A DNA stretch of 61,625 nt, counting the filler. It is 14 parts of 14 records of this genome, joined end to end, with 100 filler letters (N's around TTAATTAATTAA, not from the genome) between each part and the next. Parts side by side here need not be neighbours in the genome. Positions count along the whole stretch, not along the records: positions 40,879 to 46,536 come from SRR15195285_7745; positions 46,637 to 50,469 come from SRR15195285_7752; positions 50,570 to 54,094 come from SRR15195285_7753; positions 54,195 to 58,310 come from SRR15195285_7760; 10 more parts are not named here. One strand, given 5' to 3'. Below the pieces are notes generated by a model. It was given only the letters and a program-made list of their open reading frames with translations. It was not told the origin of the DNA and searched no databases. A program made the position numbers and the translations under genes. The first letter of the stretch is position 1. Each line of letters opens with the position of its first letter. Of this stretch, positions 44,401-56,569 are shown in pieces.

Positions 44401-46109
44401 TTGTCTCCTTCTTCGGCCAGAGCAGTGGGAATGCATTATTGACCGAGGGGCAAAAGCAGTGGGTGCAGCTCAACATGCTGGCAATGCAGCTTGCTCCTGA
44501 CCCGATCATCCCGCCTGAGCACCCAGCCCGACGAGCATGCTACAACATAAGTGTATCTCACAAAACCGAGCTCTTCATAGGCGGCGCGATCATTGTGAAC
44601 ACCTTGATGCTTATGCTTGAAGCCTACCCCATGGACCAAGGCTTTGCGGACCTGATGGAAGTGTGTAATTTTGTCTTCCTGCTGATCTTCACGATCGAGA
44701 GTGCGATCAAGATGACTGGACTAGGTGTGAGGTCTTACTTTTCGGTATCGCCGTGGAATCGCCTGGATTTCACCATTGTGGCAATTTCATGGATCTCCAT
44801 GGCAGCTGAAGGGCTTTCTGTGTTTTCCGGCGGCCGTGCGCTGCGCGTCTTCCGGTTGCTGCTGCTACTCAAGAACACGGAGTCTTTACGAACACTCCTC
44901 CGGACACTAGTGCTCTCGCTTCCGCCGGCCATGAATATCACCCTCTTGCTGACGCTTGTGCTCTTCGTGTTTGGCATCATCGGCATGCAGCTCTTTGGTG
45001 GACTACCGCTTGGTAATCCGTTGGAAGACGCAATCAACACCTACGATAATTTTGACACACTTCCCGCCGCTATTCGCGTGCTCTTCCAGATCGCGACAGG
45101 TCAAGACTGGGTTTCCAAGGCGGAAGAGCTCGAGCAGAAGATGCTGGCGGCGGACTACGTGGGTCAATCGCTGGCTTTGCCTTACATGGTGGTATTCTAC
45201 ATCTCATCCGTATTCATTTTCATCAATCTCTTCATCGCGGTTTTGCTCGAGAACTTTGAGCTCAACTTCGACCCGGATGCTCTGGAGATTAAAACCGCAG
45301 ACATGGCCAAGTTTAAGGCCGCTTGGGAAGAGACCGTGGCCCCAGGCGAGATGCAGATGCCAATCAGATCTGTCAAGCGTATGATAGAGAAGTCTGATTT
45401 AGGTGTCCTCTCACAGGTGATGGACGACTCACAGTGGTGGCCGCACCTGCTTGCAAACATTGGCTGGGACACGGCGAAAGATCCTACCGACGAGGATGTA
45501 GTTGGCTTTCGTAAGCTGCTGCTCTCCCTGGCTTTGATGTTCGTTTCAATCGATGCTCTGCCGCTAGAGGAGCGGATTGCTGAGGCGCGACGGCTGACAG
45601 ATCGTGCAGAACGGACGGCCAGCCGCCTCATTCACGCCTGCATTGTGGCTAAGTTACATTTGAAACGCCCCGAGCAGTACTGTGATCCCGAGTTGCGTGC
45701 GAGGCACGCGAGCGACCCAGACTTCTTCAAGAAGTACCGGCACGCGGCGATATTCTGCAGGAACATGATGGTTGTACAGATAGTGGCTGTCAACAAAATC
45801 AGTGCAGAGCATGTAAGAAACAATGACGAGCATTTGTTGGAGCTCATGGCCCTTCAGGCAGAAGTGGTGCGTCCCTGTGTCCAGCAACTCACACCAGCCG
45901 CGTTTATCCTGCAACTAGAGTCCATCTGCGTGCTTCGCAGCGACTCACCACCAGCGCTGTCTATTAATTGATCGCAGGGGGCTGATGGTGGCGAGTCCAA
46001 CAGCAAATTGCCACCCGGCTCGACGGAGTCGGACGACGGAAGTTCCACCCGCTTCATGAATCCAATGGCAGACCCGGACTTGGACAACGAGGACATTGAA
46101 GCGGAGTGA
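41424..46109 (+). CDS. Four-domain voltage-gated cation (Cav/Nav-type) channel alpha subunit
   Basis: Four 6-TM repeats with WNxLDF motifs and S4 helices (e.g. RAFRALRPLRSLR). Pore loops TMDEW, SGEDW, TTEGW and TGQDW. Probable last intron 45867-45977, stop at 46107-46109. Confidence 0.95.
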
Positions 46110-46380
46110 TTGACAGTTGGCATGGACTCTGCGTGTGTAGCACCAGCTCTGCATCCGAATGACGTGGCATCACTTGTCGTGCTCCCTAAGTTACTACCAT
46201 CATCTAGCAGAAATCACGGGCTTTATGGATGCGCAGATTGACAACTGAGTAACCGGTGGCGGCGAGTGGGCGGCGAGTGGGCGGACGGAGGCGACATCTT
46301 GCACAAAATCGAGACTTGTGCATTTGCCGCTGTACCCAATCTTCAGCCATGTTGGTAGTGTAACGGCCGAGGATTCGCCA

Positions 46381-46536
46381 TTATCGCCGAGCTGGCGTGC
46401 CAAATACAAACAGCTCGTCGTCTTCATCACTCGCCAGTTCTACTCCACTCTTAGTTGCTGCTGCTGGCGCCGACCCTCCATCATCATCGCCGAAGGACTG
46501 GTGGTGGTGGTCGTCGTCGTCGTCGTCGTCGTCGTC
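46381..46536 (-). CDS. Possible acidic 3' end of an unknown gene
   Basis: Open frame from the contig edge: D9-HHHQSFGDDDGG...SDEDDELFVFGTPARR*. Confidence 0.35.
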   Translation of the reverse strand, partial: DDDDDDDDDHHHQSFGDDDGGSAPAAATKSGVELASDEDDELFVFGTPARR

Positions 46537-46636
46537 NNNNNNNNNNNNNNNNNNNNNNNNNNNNNNNNNNNNNNNNNNNNTTAATTAATTAANNNNNNNN
46601 NNNNNNNNNNNNNNNNNNNNNNNNNNNNNNNNNNNN

Positions 46637-49600
46637 CGCAACAGTGACCGTAGCAGCTGGACCAGCGGGAGAGCTTGTGGCTGAAATGGATACTGCATCC
46701 AACGTGGGCGTAACAGTGTCTACAGCATCGGTTGCTCTAGACCAATGACCAGTGTTGCGAGGGACTACCGAAGACTCTGGTTCGCCTTCGTTGCCAACAA
46801 TGTCCGAGAACTCGACCTGAAACTCAAGTGGGCCACTTGGATCACCTGCCTCTACCGAATAGGTAGCCGCGCAACTGTTTCCAGACACCTGACAAATGAC
46901 AGAGTTGCCAAAGAAATATACAGCAACACCATCCACTCCGTCTGTACCGTCACTGAGATTCTCATTTGCAACCATCGTCAGCGTGATGCTGCTTCCGATC
47001 ACAGCTGGAGTATCACTACTTTCCAACGTCAGCCCTTCCACAATAGGACGTTGCGTGTCAACGGCAACGCTGGTGTCGTCCGTCACTTCACTTATTGAGA
47101 CACTGTTGCCAACAAGATCAGTGGCCTCAATCGAGAAATCCACTGGTCCAGATTGGTCCGTCGATTGCATTTCGCGGCTTGCTTCGCAGCTACTGTACGC
47201 TGGGTCACCCGAGTTTTCACACGAGACGGCTGCTGGTAGGCCATGTATGATGACATCCACAGGCTGCCGTAGCTGCTCATCTGCAATGAATGACACAGTA
47301 ATTACACTCCCCGGTCCCCATTGTTCATGAGTGCACCGAGCTGCAGGCAATATCGTACCATCGTAGCAGGAAGGTCGAATATCAGCGCGAATCGACACAG
47401 TGGTCATCTGTGGGGGGTCGTTGTCAATTACAGGCAGTGTTGCCTCATCAGATACTGCCGACACCGGTGCACCGTCGTTGCCTGCTATATCGGCATAATT
47501 GATCTCAAACGTAGCTGCGCCAGAATCAAAGTCGTCACCGACAGCAAACGTCACGCTACAATCCATCCTGTTGTCTTCGCATTCCACAGGAGGCTCTGGA
47601 TACACCTCATCATTTACCGTCACAGTAACGCCAGGTGCGAGCGGCTCGGAAGCGGTGAAGCTGAGTGTAAGCTCGCTGCCGGGTCCGGCAAGTGCTGATG
47701 CAGCAGGACTTGCCTGTAGACGTCTCAACACGCCGCTACTTTGCGCGTGCCAACGTGCAACGATACCACCGAGCGCCACCTGTGTCTGCTGCTGAGTACC
47801 AACAAAATCTGCAGGCAGCGCGGTGTTTGACGCTCTCGCAGCAGACTCCGACTGTGTGCGTCTACGGCCGGATATCGTCGGTGTAGGGCAGTGACCTCGA
47901 AAGTGTGTATCAGAGCAGCAGTCAATACCGGCCTGCTTCAGAAACCCTCTCTCGTACGGCGCTGGGCGCAATCCAGGTGTTCCAGCGACAAAGTTTCGGC
48001 GACTATACGAACAGTATCCTGCTGTACAGGCGTCTCCTTCGTTCTCGATTTCGATCCGGTAAACGTTCCAATTGTTGTTTGCGTTGCCAGCAGCTGGCAT
48101 CTCACCCGGACCCTCAGCGCAGCAACGACAGCCCCAATAAGGATGGTTGTCTGAATGCATAAAACTGCCACAGCCATTAGCTTCCGCTGCTGCGCTGCAC
48201 TCCGAGATCGTGAGGTCCCCAAGATTGTCTCCTTGCTCAAAACACGCGTTTCCATCATATACCAGGACTGGTGTCGACGTGGTGCAATCCCTGTCCGAAG
48301 AGCAAGACGTCAGACCGACGTGCTTAACCCACGATGACTCTCCAGATGAACTGCGTTGAGGTTCTGTACTGCGTCGAGTTACCCAGCTGTCAGGATTCTG
48401 CAGTGTGATGCCACCGCACTCACTTCCTAATGCTAGGCATGCGAGCTGCGCTGACGCACGATCACCATGGTCAGTGCAGCTATCGCGTGTACAGCTTCGC
48501 AAATATGCGTCCGAATACTGGTCACTCCAGCTGTGTTCCGCAGCAGTGTAAAGTGTGCATGCTTCGTTGCCTACCAGTTTTGCTCCGAACGAGACGCAGT
48601 CTGGTTGCGATGCGCACAAGGCAGAGCAGATATTCGCATTGCTACGCGAGCAACCTCGCAGACTGTAGTGACTATCACGGATCATCTCTGTCAACTGTCG
48701 GCAGCCTTCGTACAGGGGTTGCGACAGGTCGGGAGTCGGCAGCCCAGTCAAATTCAGTGCGATACCATTTCGCCAGTCGCTATCCGACACCGTTGTTCGC
48801 CCCACTGCGTCGCGCGGATCAAGGCTTTCTCGAATCTCCCACAAGTTGTTGCTTTCGACTATTCCAACACACCGACGGCCTGCCACATTGCATGCACTCT
48901 CGGCATCTATGCGGCTGGGCCACTGTTCTGCAGACTCAGCACGACACGAAATCAAGGGCAAGGTCTCCCCGTCCATGTCAGCAAAGGATGTCCGCGAGCA
49001 CGTCTTGGGTATACCGTATAATGGCTGTTCGGCTAGGCTGTATTCGTATGTGTCGCAGTCAAAAGCATCACATAGTGTCTCATTCGTCGCTCGGCACTCC
49101 CAACAGTGCTGCGTGTTGTCACAGTAGTGACCGTGTCCACAGTCTGAGTGCGTTGAACAAGCAGCTGGGGCCACAACATCAGGAGATCCTTGACCAGATC
49201 CAAACACTACACCATCGATATACCGCAGGTTCCACGTTTCATCATCATCGCTGACGCACTCGATAGCATCAGCGTCGGCGCAGCAGCGCACTGCAATAGC
49301 GAGCTCGCTTCGGTCGTCGCGGCAGACTGGAGCTTCACACGAGCACTGGAAGTCGAGGACGTTGTCAAGTTCACGGCCGTTAGCATTGTAGTCCCGGCAG
49401 ACTCGACTGCACGATGTGACAGAGCTCGGGTCAATGCGTCGCCTGTTGTTGAATATACTTGCTCTGACATTTGAGTTTCCTACTGTCGTCAGGTGTCCGC
49501 CAGAACACGCGTCTGAAGACCAAGTTTCTTGAAAATCAAACTGGCACCCAGTGCCTATTGTCTCATCGTTTTGCAGCTCTACCACAGTGCATAGTCTTGC

Positions 49601-50469
49601 ACCGACGGACTCACATGTAGATCGAGCGTGCATGTAGTTTCCTGTTTCGCACCCACTTGGCATGTCGGACTCTCCACACACATCCGGTGAGCCGTTCGGC
49701 GACAGCGGCCAGCCGCCATGTTCTTGTCTCAGAGATGCACAAGTTTCACTGGAGCACCTACCTCCTACTGTCACAGCACGCTTGCCTATACGCAGCCTGT
49801 TGCAGGTAGCCTCAGCAGCATTCTGTAGCCACTGCCCGTGGAAGCACTCTACCTGGGCTAACGGTCCGTTGATGTAACCGCTGCCGCAGATGAATGCGCA
49901 CACCGAGCCATGGAAGAATCCGTCTGAGCACGACATCGAAGCTTGGTCAGGAGGGGAGATTTCTGGACATTGCACTGCCATCATCACGTCGTTCAACTGG
50001 GGTGATATAGTGTCAAGAAAAGTCTGTGTCCCGTCCGTGCCAATCGTAGCCAATGCGACCGCAGGTCCTGTATTTCCAGCTAGATCCGCGTACGCTGTAA
50101 TGGCAAACGCAGCGTAACCGTCCGGCTGAGCGCCAGCCTCAACAACAAGGGTTGCAGTGCAATCAGCACCCACACATACGACAGCTCGAGTGTGGCCAGC
50201 GATTGACACAGATGTGTCTGCCTGTTGCAATGCTTCCGACGCAGTGAAACTCAATGTCACAACGTCTGCTGCAATAGCCACTGCACAGTCGTCTCCGCAC
50301 AAAACTTCCTCCTCGCCTGAAGCCTTGACGCTGATCGCGATCGACGTGCTGATGATTGATGGTTTAGTGGCGTCAGTCACGAATCCGGTATACTCAGTGC
50401 CATCTGCAATGGTGTCGCTATCGGTGTCATCTGCCCGAAGCCACGAGTATTCGCCCGCTGGGGAAACCA
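46637..50469 (-). CDS. Large extracellular repeat protein (bacterial Ig-like repeats, sushi, Cys-rich and PAN-like modules), partial at both ends
   Basis: Repeated TLSFTASE.L...D.AGN.G...VD..P units; CSDGFFHGSVCAFICGSGY (CCP); GARLCTVVEL...GTGC...WS...VRCCAD module. Open across the whole contig. Confidence 0.8.
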
Positions 50470-50569
50470 NNNNNNNNNNNNNNNNNNNNNNNNNNNNNNN
50501 NNNNNNNNNNNNNTTAATTAATTAANNNNNNNNNNNNNNNNNNNNNNNNNNNNNNNNNNNNNNNNNNNN

Positions 50570-50992
50570 GCGCAGTGTTTCCACCTCGTGCAATTGACCG
50601 AGCCCACACTGCTCCTCTGCAGCAATCCATGTCCGCTCCTTCAAGGTGCACGCCGCCAGCATACGTTTGCCGGCCTCCTTTGCGTGCTCTGCCAGCCGCC
50701 GTGACACACAAGCCAGCCTAGCAAGGTCGCATGCCGGTAGCCATGTGCAAACCCTTGCCATGATCTCGTGTGGTATGTCTGCAAGCGAGCCTTTCGCCTT
50801 CGGAATCCCCTCGTGCACCGCCTGTTGATCGCTCCTGCTCTCAGGCAGCACCTGCTCAGCTGGCTCAGGCTCAGGCTCAGGCTCAGATCTCGTTGGGGAT
50901 TCCGACGAGTTATGGAACTGATGCTGGGCGGAGTCTTCACGTGCTTCGTCATCGAGCGGATGGGGTCGCAGCTTTGGTGCTCTCAGCAACAT
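50570..50992 (-). CDS. F-box protein, 3'-partial
   Basis: LADIPHEIMARVCTWLPACDLARLACVSRRL matches the F-box pattern. Confidence 0.7.
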
Positions 50993-51303
50993 ATCGCAAG
51001 CGACGGCGTGCAAGAGACTGATGCGCACACCTGGATGCGATGTACGGTACCATGCAACCGGCGCGCGCGTGGCGTTGACAAGCTAAGCTGCATAGACGGT
51101 AATAGATCTATGATATTTATTCATCACATATTACACATAGTATATATACGTTTATACGTAGGATAGATATACGCGCGCGCGCGCGCGCGATGCGAGGCCG
51201 GCCGCCGCCGTGGCCGCAGCGCAGGCAGCGCAACGAAGCGCAAGGCCGCAAGCGCCGGGTCGCCGGGGTCGCCGGGGTCGCTATACGCAATACAGGGCAC
51301 CGT

Positions 51304-52389
51304 ATGACGGCTGTACTGCTGTCGTGTGCTGCTGCCCTGGCGCTATATTCCGCCCCGAAGGCTCTAAACTACCACATCCGAATCATCGACTATCCGGCGC
51401 TGCCGCTACTGGACTACGAAGAAGGCAGCTCGGCGTGGCAGTTTGCGTACAACCCTGCGTTTCTGCCTGGCCAGAGCGCAGAGGGGTTGTTTGTTCGCGT
51501 ACAGAATGGTTCTAGCAGCCCACCGGGCTCTTGTGGCAAGCCGGGAACGTCGTCTTTCGTCTCTTTCGTGCCGATTGACGGTGGCAGCGCAAAAAGGCTT
51601 GGCGCACAAAAGATATTCTCGCCGGCCATGACAGACTTCGAGCAAACTGCAGAAGACCCCCGGATTATATATGACGCGCCGAACAAAACCTGGTATATGA
51701 CCTACACTGCAAATGGCATCATATCTGAAGGCTCCGTGCCGCCGATGAATCGTCACCAGGGCATTGCAACGTCTACAGACCCACTCGCACCGGGCAGCTG
51801 GAAGCGGCGGTGCACTGGCGCAGCCCCGTGTCTTCCACCTGGACTGAAGTCTGGGGCGATGCTGCAGCGCCTCGACCCACCGCATTACATGTTTGTGTAC
51901 GATCTAACCAAGACTTGCCCGACTAATCCTGGGAGTGTCTGCCGTCACACCGTTGTTGCCGAGTCGAACGACCTGCTCTCGTGGAGTCTCGCTAACGGGG
52001 ACAACGTATTGTTGCCACGGCGCCCGGGAATGTGGGACGCTGGGCTGATCGAACCAGGCCCACCGCCATTGCGCCTGAACACTGGCGACTATGTCTTCTT
52101 TTACAACGGAGCCACGCTTCCAAACGACCGGCAGTATCACGTCGGGTGGGCGATTTTGTCGCACGACAACCCGAGAACAGTGCTGCAACGCAGCGCAGAA
52201 CCTGTTTTATCTTGGACGGACAGGCCGTGGATGGTCGGCAACTCGTCGAAGTACCTGTGCTATACACCGAGTGTGGTATTTTGCAATGGTGCACGTGAGG
52301 TGAAGGGGCAAGAGAATACCTATCAGCTGTATTTTGGAGCAGCAGACGCGGTGGTGGGCAGCGCGACTGTGCAGTTGATGTGGGCCTAG
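51304..52389 (+). CDS. GH130-like five-bladed beta-propeller glycosidase, secreted
   Basis: Signal-like N-terminus; YNPA, EDPRI, YMTYTA, KSGAM, WDAGLIEPGPPPL, VVFCNG and YFGAAD. Confidence 0.82.
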   Translation: MTAVLLSCAAALALYSAPKALNYHIRIIDYPALPLLDYEEGSSAWQFAYNPAFLPGQSAEGLFVRVQNGSSSPPGSCGKPGTSSFVSFVPIDGGSAKRLGAQKIFSPAMTDFEQTAEDPRIIYDAPNKTWYMTYTANGIISEGSVPPMNRHQGIATSTDPLAPGSWKRRCTGAAPCLPPGLKSGAMLQRLDPPHYMFVYDLTKTCPTNPGSVCRHTVVAESNDLLSWSLANGDNVLLPRRPGMWDAGLIEPGPPPLRLNTGDYVFFYNGATLPNDRQYHVGWAILSHDNPRTVLQRSAEPVLSWTDRPWMVGNSSKYLCYTPSVVFCNGAREVKGQENTYQLYFGAADAVVGSATVQLMWA

Positions 52390-52492
52390 CAATGCAAAAT
52401 GCAATCTTGCATTGTGACAGAGTTACATCCGTAAAGAAATCGCACCTGTAAACTCTAGAACACACACGCAATATACAGTCATTCGGCATCAG

Positions 52493-53864
52493 TCAGGACC
52501 ATACATATATATCTCGATCATGCTCCGAATATCCAATGAACGTGGCTAGCACAATGCGAGGAGTCCCGCCGTCCTTTATTACTGGCACCTCGTGGAGCAG
52601 TCCCGCATTGAAGATGTAAAAATCGCCTTGCTGAACATCCAACGTCGCGGACTCTATGTTGTGCTCCGCAAGGTACTCCCCAAACACACCACTGGCGAGA
52701 GACCTAGCTGTCCCTAAATTTGGGCGCACACGGTGCACTATGGCTTGTGGAGTGGATGTCGTGGTCGTTCCTGCTCCGCCAAACGTGGCAGTTGAGCCAA
52801 GAGGCTCACGGATGCATCGTGCCAAACGTCCAATCTACCAATAGTTGTTCAAATTGTGAAATGAATGATATGCTACTCTAACGAGTGAATGGTTGGCACT
52901 CACCACTAACGGTCTTGCTGTGCCCTCGTGAGACGCCTAACGTGGTGTGCTGCACACAGATCAGCGCAGCAAGCTGATGATCGAAACGAAACACCTCATA
53001 GTGGGGTACGTCAGGAGCCTTCGGAGCGAGGTTGTGCAGTCGTCGGGCACGTACGGTCTGCCCGACGTGATTGATATGGGGTTGATAGTCGTGGCCAGGG
53101 TAGTGTACGCGAAAAATGGCGGGTCCATAGCTCCGCCCATCAGGCTCGTGCGCCACCATCACACGCTGCTCTGTGTTGGCCAGTGCAGAGCAGCAGCTGT
53201 AGAGAGCTTCCACTGGATCCGCGAGGCCATCGAACAGAGTCGAGAACAGTTCCGTCGTCCCTGCTGAGTGGGCTAGGAACGCTTCCTTGTCTGGCCAACC
53301 ACCACCTCCGAACGACGTCCCGATATCAATACGACTTGGGGTCCATCCGCCCATCCCGGGACGCGAACCCCTGCCATTGGCTCCCGGACGCAAATATTTT
53401 GAGCCCTTGTAGACGCGGCCATGCTCATCGCGCAACACGTCTGATAAAGTACCGTCACATGTGAGTTCGACAGGGTCATTGGGCCCACGCATGAAACGCC
53501 GGTCAATCAGACGCTGCACCAGCCTCGGGATGTCAGCGCATGGATACGCTCCCCGAATGATCACTCCCGGTGTCCTCATTTCAGCCATCGCGCGGAATGG
53601 ATCGGGCACACGATCAAGGAGCCTCGCGATGTCGTTTGCTGGGGCTTCAAGCGCCTGCCACTCAACAGACGATGCAGCAGCGCCCGCAGCCTGCGGATGG
53701 CTACCGGCGGGCTGCAGGCGACTTTTCACGATGGACGACCTTCGTTCCACGTTGAGATGTTTTGCGATGTGGAGCAGTCTGGTTCGTGATGATCTGCTGG
53801 AGTCAGACTGATGCTGAGTCTCGCTCGCGGTATGATTATGCGCTAGGAGCGTCATCGACGGCAT
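52493..53864 (-). CDS. 2OG-Fe(II) dioxygenase-like protein with PTS2 signal, one intron
   Basis: RLLHIAKHL (RLx5HL); FRVH....YQPHIN; intron 52835-52910; GDFYIFNAGLLHEV...RIVLATF. Confidence 0.7.
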
Positions 53865-54194
53865 GGCTCCTCGATGTAAGAGCGAGCTCTATAGGGATTG
53901 AGCACAGCCCGCGCCGTCGGCTCCCACGCACGCGTCGGTGCGCGAGAGCCGCCGCGGCGCCGCGCGGATCTGACGCACGCCCCGCGCGCGCGCCCGCGCG
54001 CCCACCATGTACGCGCGCGCGCCTCGGAAAGACTGCATTTACATTAAGACTCACTGAACTCAGTACAGACCCCGACCTGGGCACTGTCTAGACTNNNNNN
54101 NNNNNNNNNNNNNNNNNNNNNNNNNNNNNNNNNNNNNNTTAATTAATTAANNNNNNNNNNNNNNNNNNNNNNNNNNNNNNNNNNNNNNNNNNNN

Positions 54195-56566
54195 AGCAGC
54201 AGCAGCAGCAGCAGCAGCAGCCGAACCATGGCCACGAACCAGGGCCAGCCGTGCTGTGGTTGGATCTGGCGTCCGCGAGCCTTGCTGAGGGCGTAGGGGG
54301 CGAGATCGACACAACGCATGCTGGGTTGCGGCGATCTGGCGTAGATGTTGCGTCCTTCGTTGATCCTGACAGCGCGCTGACATGGAGCGTGCAGAACATT
54401 CTGCAGCTCGTGTGCGTGTGCGTTCAGCTAGAGTCGAAGCACCTGCTGCGGAAGTCAGAGCTGGTGGTACAGCTGCTGCGCCAGTTCAAGGGGCTGGGAA
54501 TACCCGTGCTTGCGATACACATTACGAAACGAACTGATGCGCTGCGGGAAAGTGAGCAGATATGCCAGGCCGAAGACGTCCCTGTGCTTCGCGACGCAGC
54601 TGTGAGCATGCACAGAGTCATGGAGTTAGTGGCCAGCTCGTATGCATTCGTGGACGGGCATCTGCAGCGTATTGGTACTGGAACGGACGATGACACGGTC
54701 AGGCCCGTGGAGAGTGTATCGGTCCCAGAGCCACAGCTACCTCCAGGCGCAATGCCGTTCGACAGCGTGGTGTACGAAGGTCCTGTCTATCCTACTGCTC
54801 CGCCGTTCAATCCCACGGCTGGAGCACTCAGAAAGGTTGTGCCGCCAGCTTTCGAGAGGCTGGCAAAAGGTCGTGCCTCAATCGATGACGCTCCCGCTAA
54901 GCGCGGCAAGCTTCCGACACGGCTGGTTGTAGACCCAGCACAGGCGGACCGCGTAGCAGAGTGCCAGCGGTGCAAGAAGCTTTCGGACCGACTGCGTGCA
55001 GCCCAGTGTGAGGTTGACGCACACAAAATGCGCCTCAAACATGTAGTTTTGGCGTCGAACCGACCTCTGGAGGAAGCACCCGCAGGGTCAGTAGCATCTT
55101 GGGATCAGTTGCGAGGTAAAAAAAGTGGCGGCGTAACATCCAGTTGGTTGCGCAAAGGGGAGCGGGAGCGTGCAGACGACAGGATGAAAGATAAAGAAGC
55201 GGAAATCCGGGCACTGAAAGCGAAGCTTCAGTTGCTTGCTGCTGCAGCACAGGCAAAAGCTAATTCGACCCAGGAACGAGATTGGCTGTCCGAACAGATG
55301 AGCCAGGAGGCAATTGGCGTATCTGTGATGGAGGCCAAGCAGCTCGAGAAAGCAAAAAAGGAAAGCACAGCGCTTCTTGTCCAAGTTCAACAGCAAACAG
55401 AAGAGCTCGAAGCAGCGGCAAAGCGACTTGAGAAAGAGCAGCACACAGCAAGAAAAGCGAAGCTACTCGTCAAGAAACAGGAAAACCAAATTGCTGGGTT
55501 ACAATCTGCATCTACCGCCAATGCACGGAAACTCGAGTCCCTTTCAAAACACATCGATGAAAATGTGAGCCTCGCAAATAGAGTTGCCGACGCAGACGAG
55601 CGGGCCGAGGCGATGGACGCAACTGTGCTCGAACTGCGGAAGGCGTTGCAGGTCGAGTCTGCGACCATCACCAAGTTACATGAACTCTTGCTAGCTGTGT
55701 GTGCGGTGGACAGTGCTTCTGCAGTCGCCCAGAGGGCATACGTTGAGGATCTCGCCCAAATGGGCGGGGCGGCATTGCGTACAGCCGGTGAGCAGTGGGG
55801 AGCGTTTCGGCCAAGCAAGAGTGAGGGACAGGGGACTACGTACCCTGGCATGAACCTTGAGGTGCTTCGGTCTCAGATTAAGCAGCGTTATCTAGCAAAA
55901 CACGCACAGGAAGCTCTCGACAAGGCTCAGTCCACACCATCAGCGACTGTTGAGCCACAGCTTGAGCTGGACGCGTCCCGTTTAGAGGAACAGTCTGACG
56001 AGGAGCAGTACATCAAGATTGATGGAAAGTGGGTGCAACGTGAGGCGCAGAGTTTAGCAGGTATCTCGGGGGCGAACGACACTGACGATTTAGAACCACA
56101 GACCCAAATCGCTAACGGCACTGATGGCACAGAGATGCCGGAGAATGCTGGTCATGCCAGTGGAGACGAGACCGACTCAAGCGATGAAGCACGTTCGAGT
56201 TCGGAAGACAAACGCACTGTCAATCTAGGCGCGGCTTTGCGAGCACGCTCTAGTGCTGCTGCATGGGTCGCCGAGGCTCGTGAAAAGAAGGCGGGAAAGC
56301 TAGCGGAGGCGCTACTGCTAGACTCGAAGCAAACGGAAGCGAGTGTTGAGCTGAGGGAGCGGTATCGAAATGCTCTTCGCGTCCGCATGCAACGAGCCAC
56401 AGAGATGTTTGTGCCATCGGAACCAGCACAGCAGATATCCGCAGCGGTGCAGCAAGCAAAGGATAGTGATAGTGAAGAAGAAGGTGAGGCAACCAGCACT
56501 TGGTTGCAGAATTCTGCTTCGCAGGCAGCCGAGCTTGCGGTGCATTTGGCTTCCAAAGAGGACTAG
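54195..56566 (+). CDS. Coiled-coil protein of unknown function, 5'-partial
   Basis: More than 770 codons open from the contig edge, with long E/K/Q/A-rich heptads. Confidence 0.7.
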
Positions 56567-56569
56567 CAA

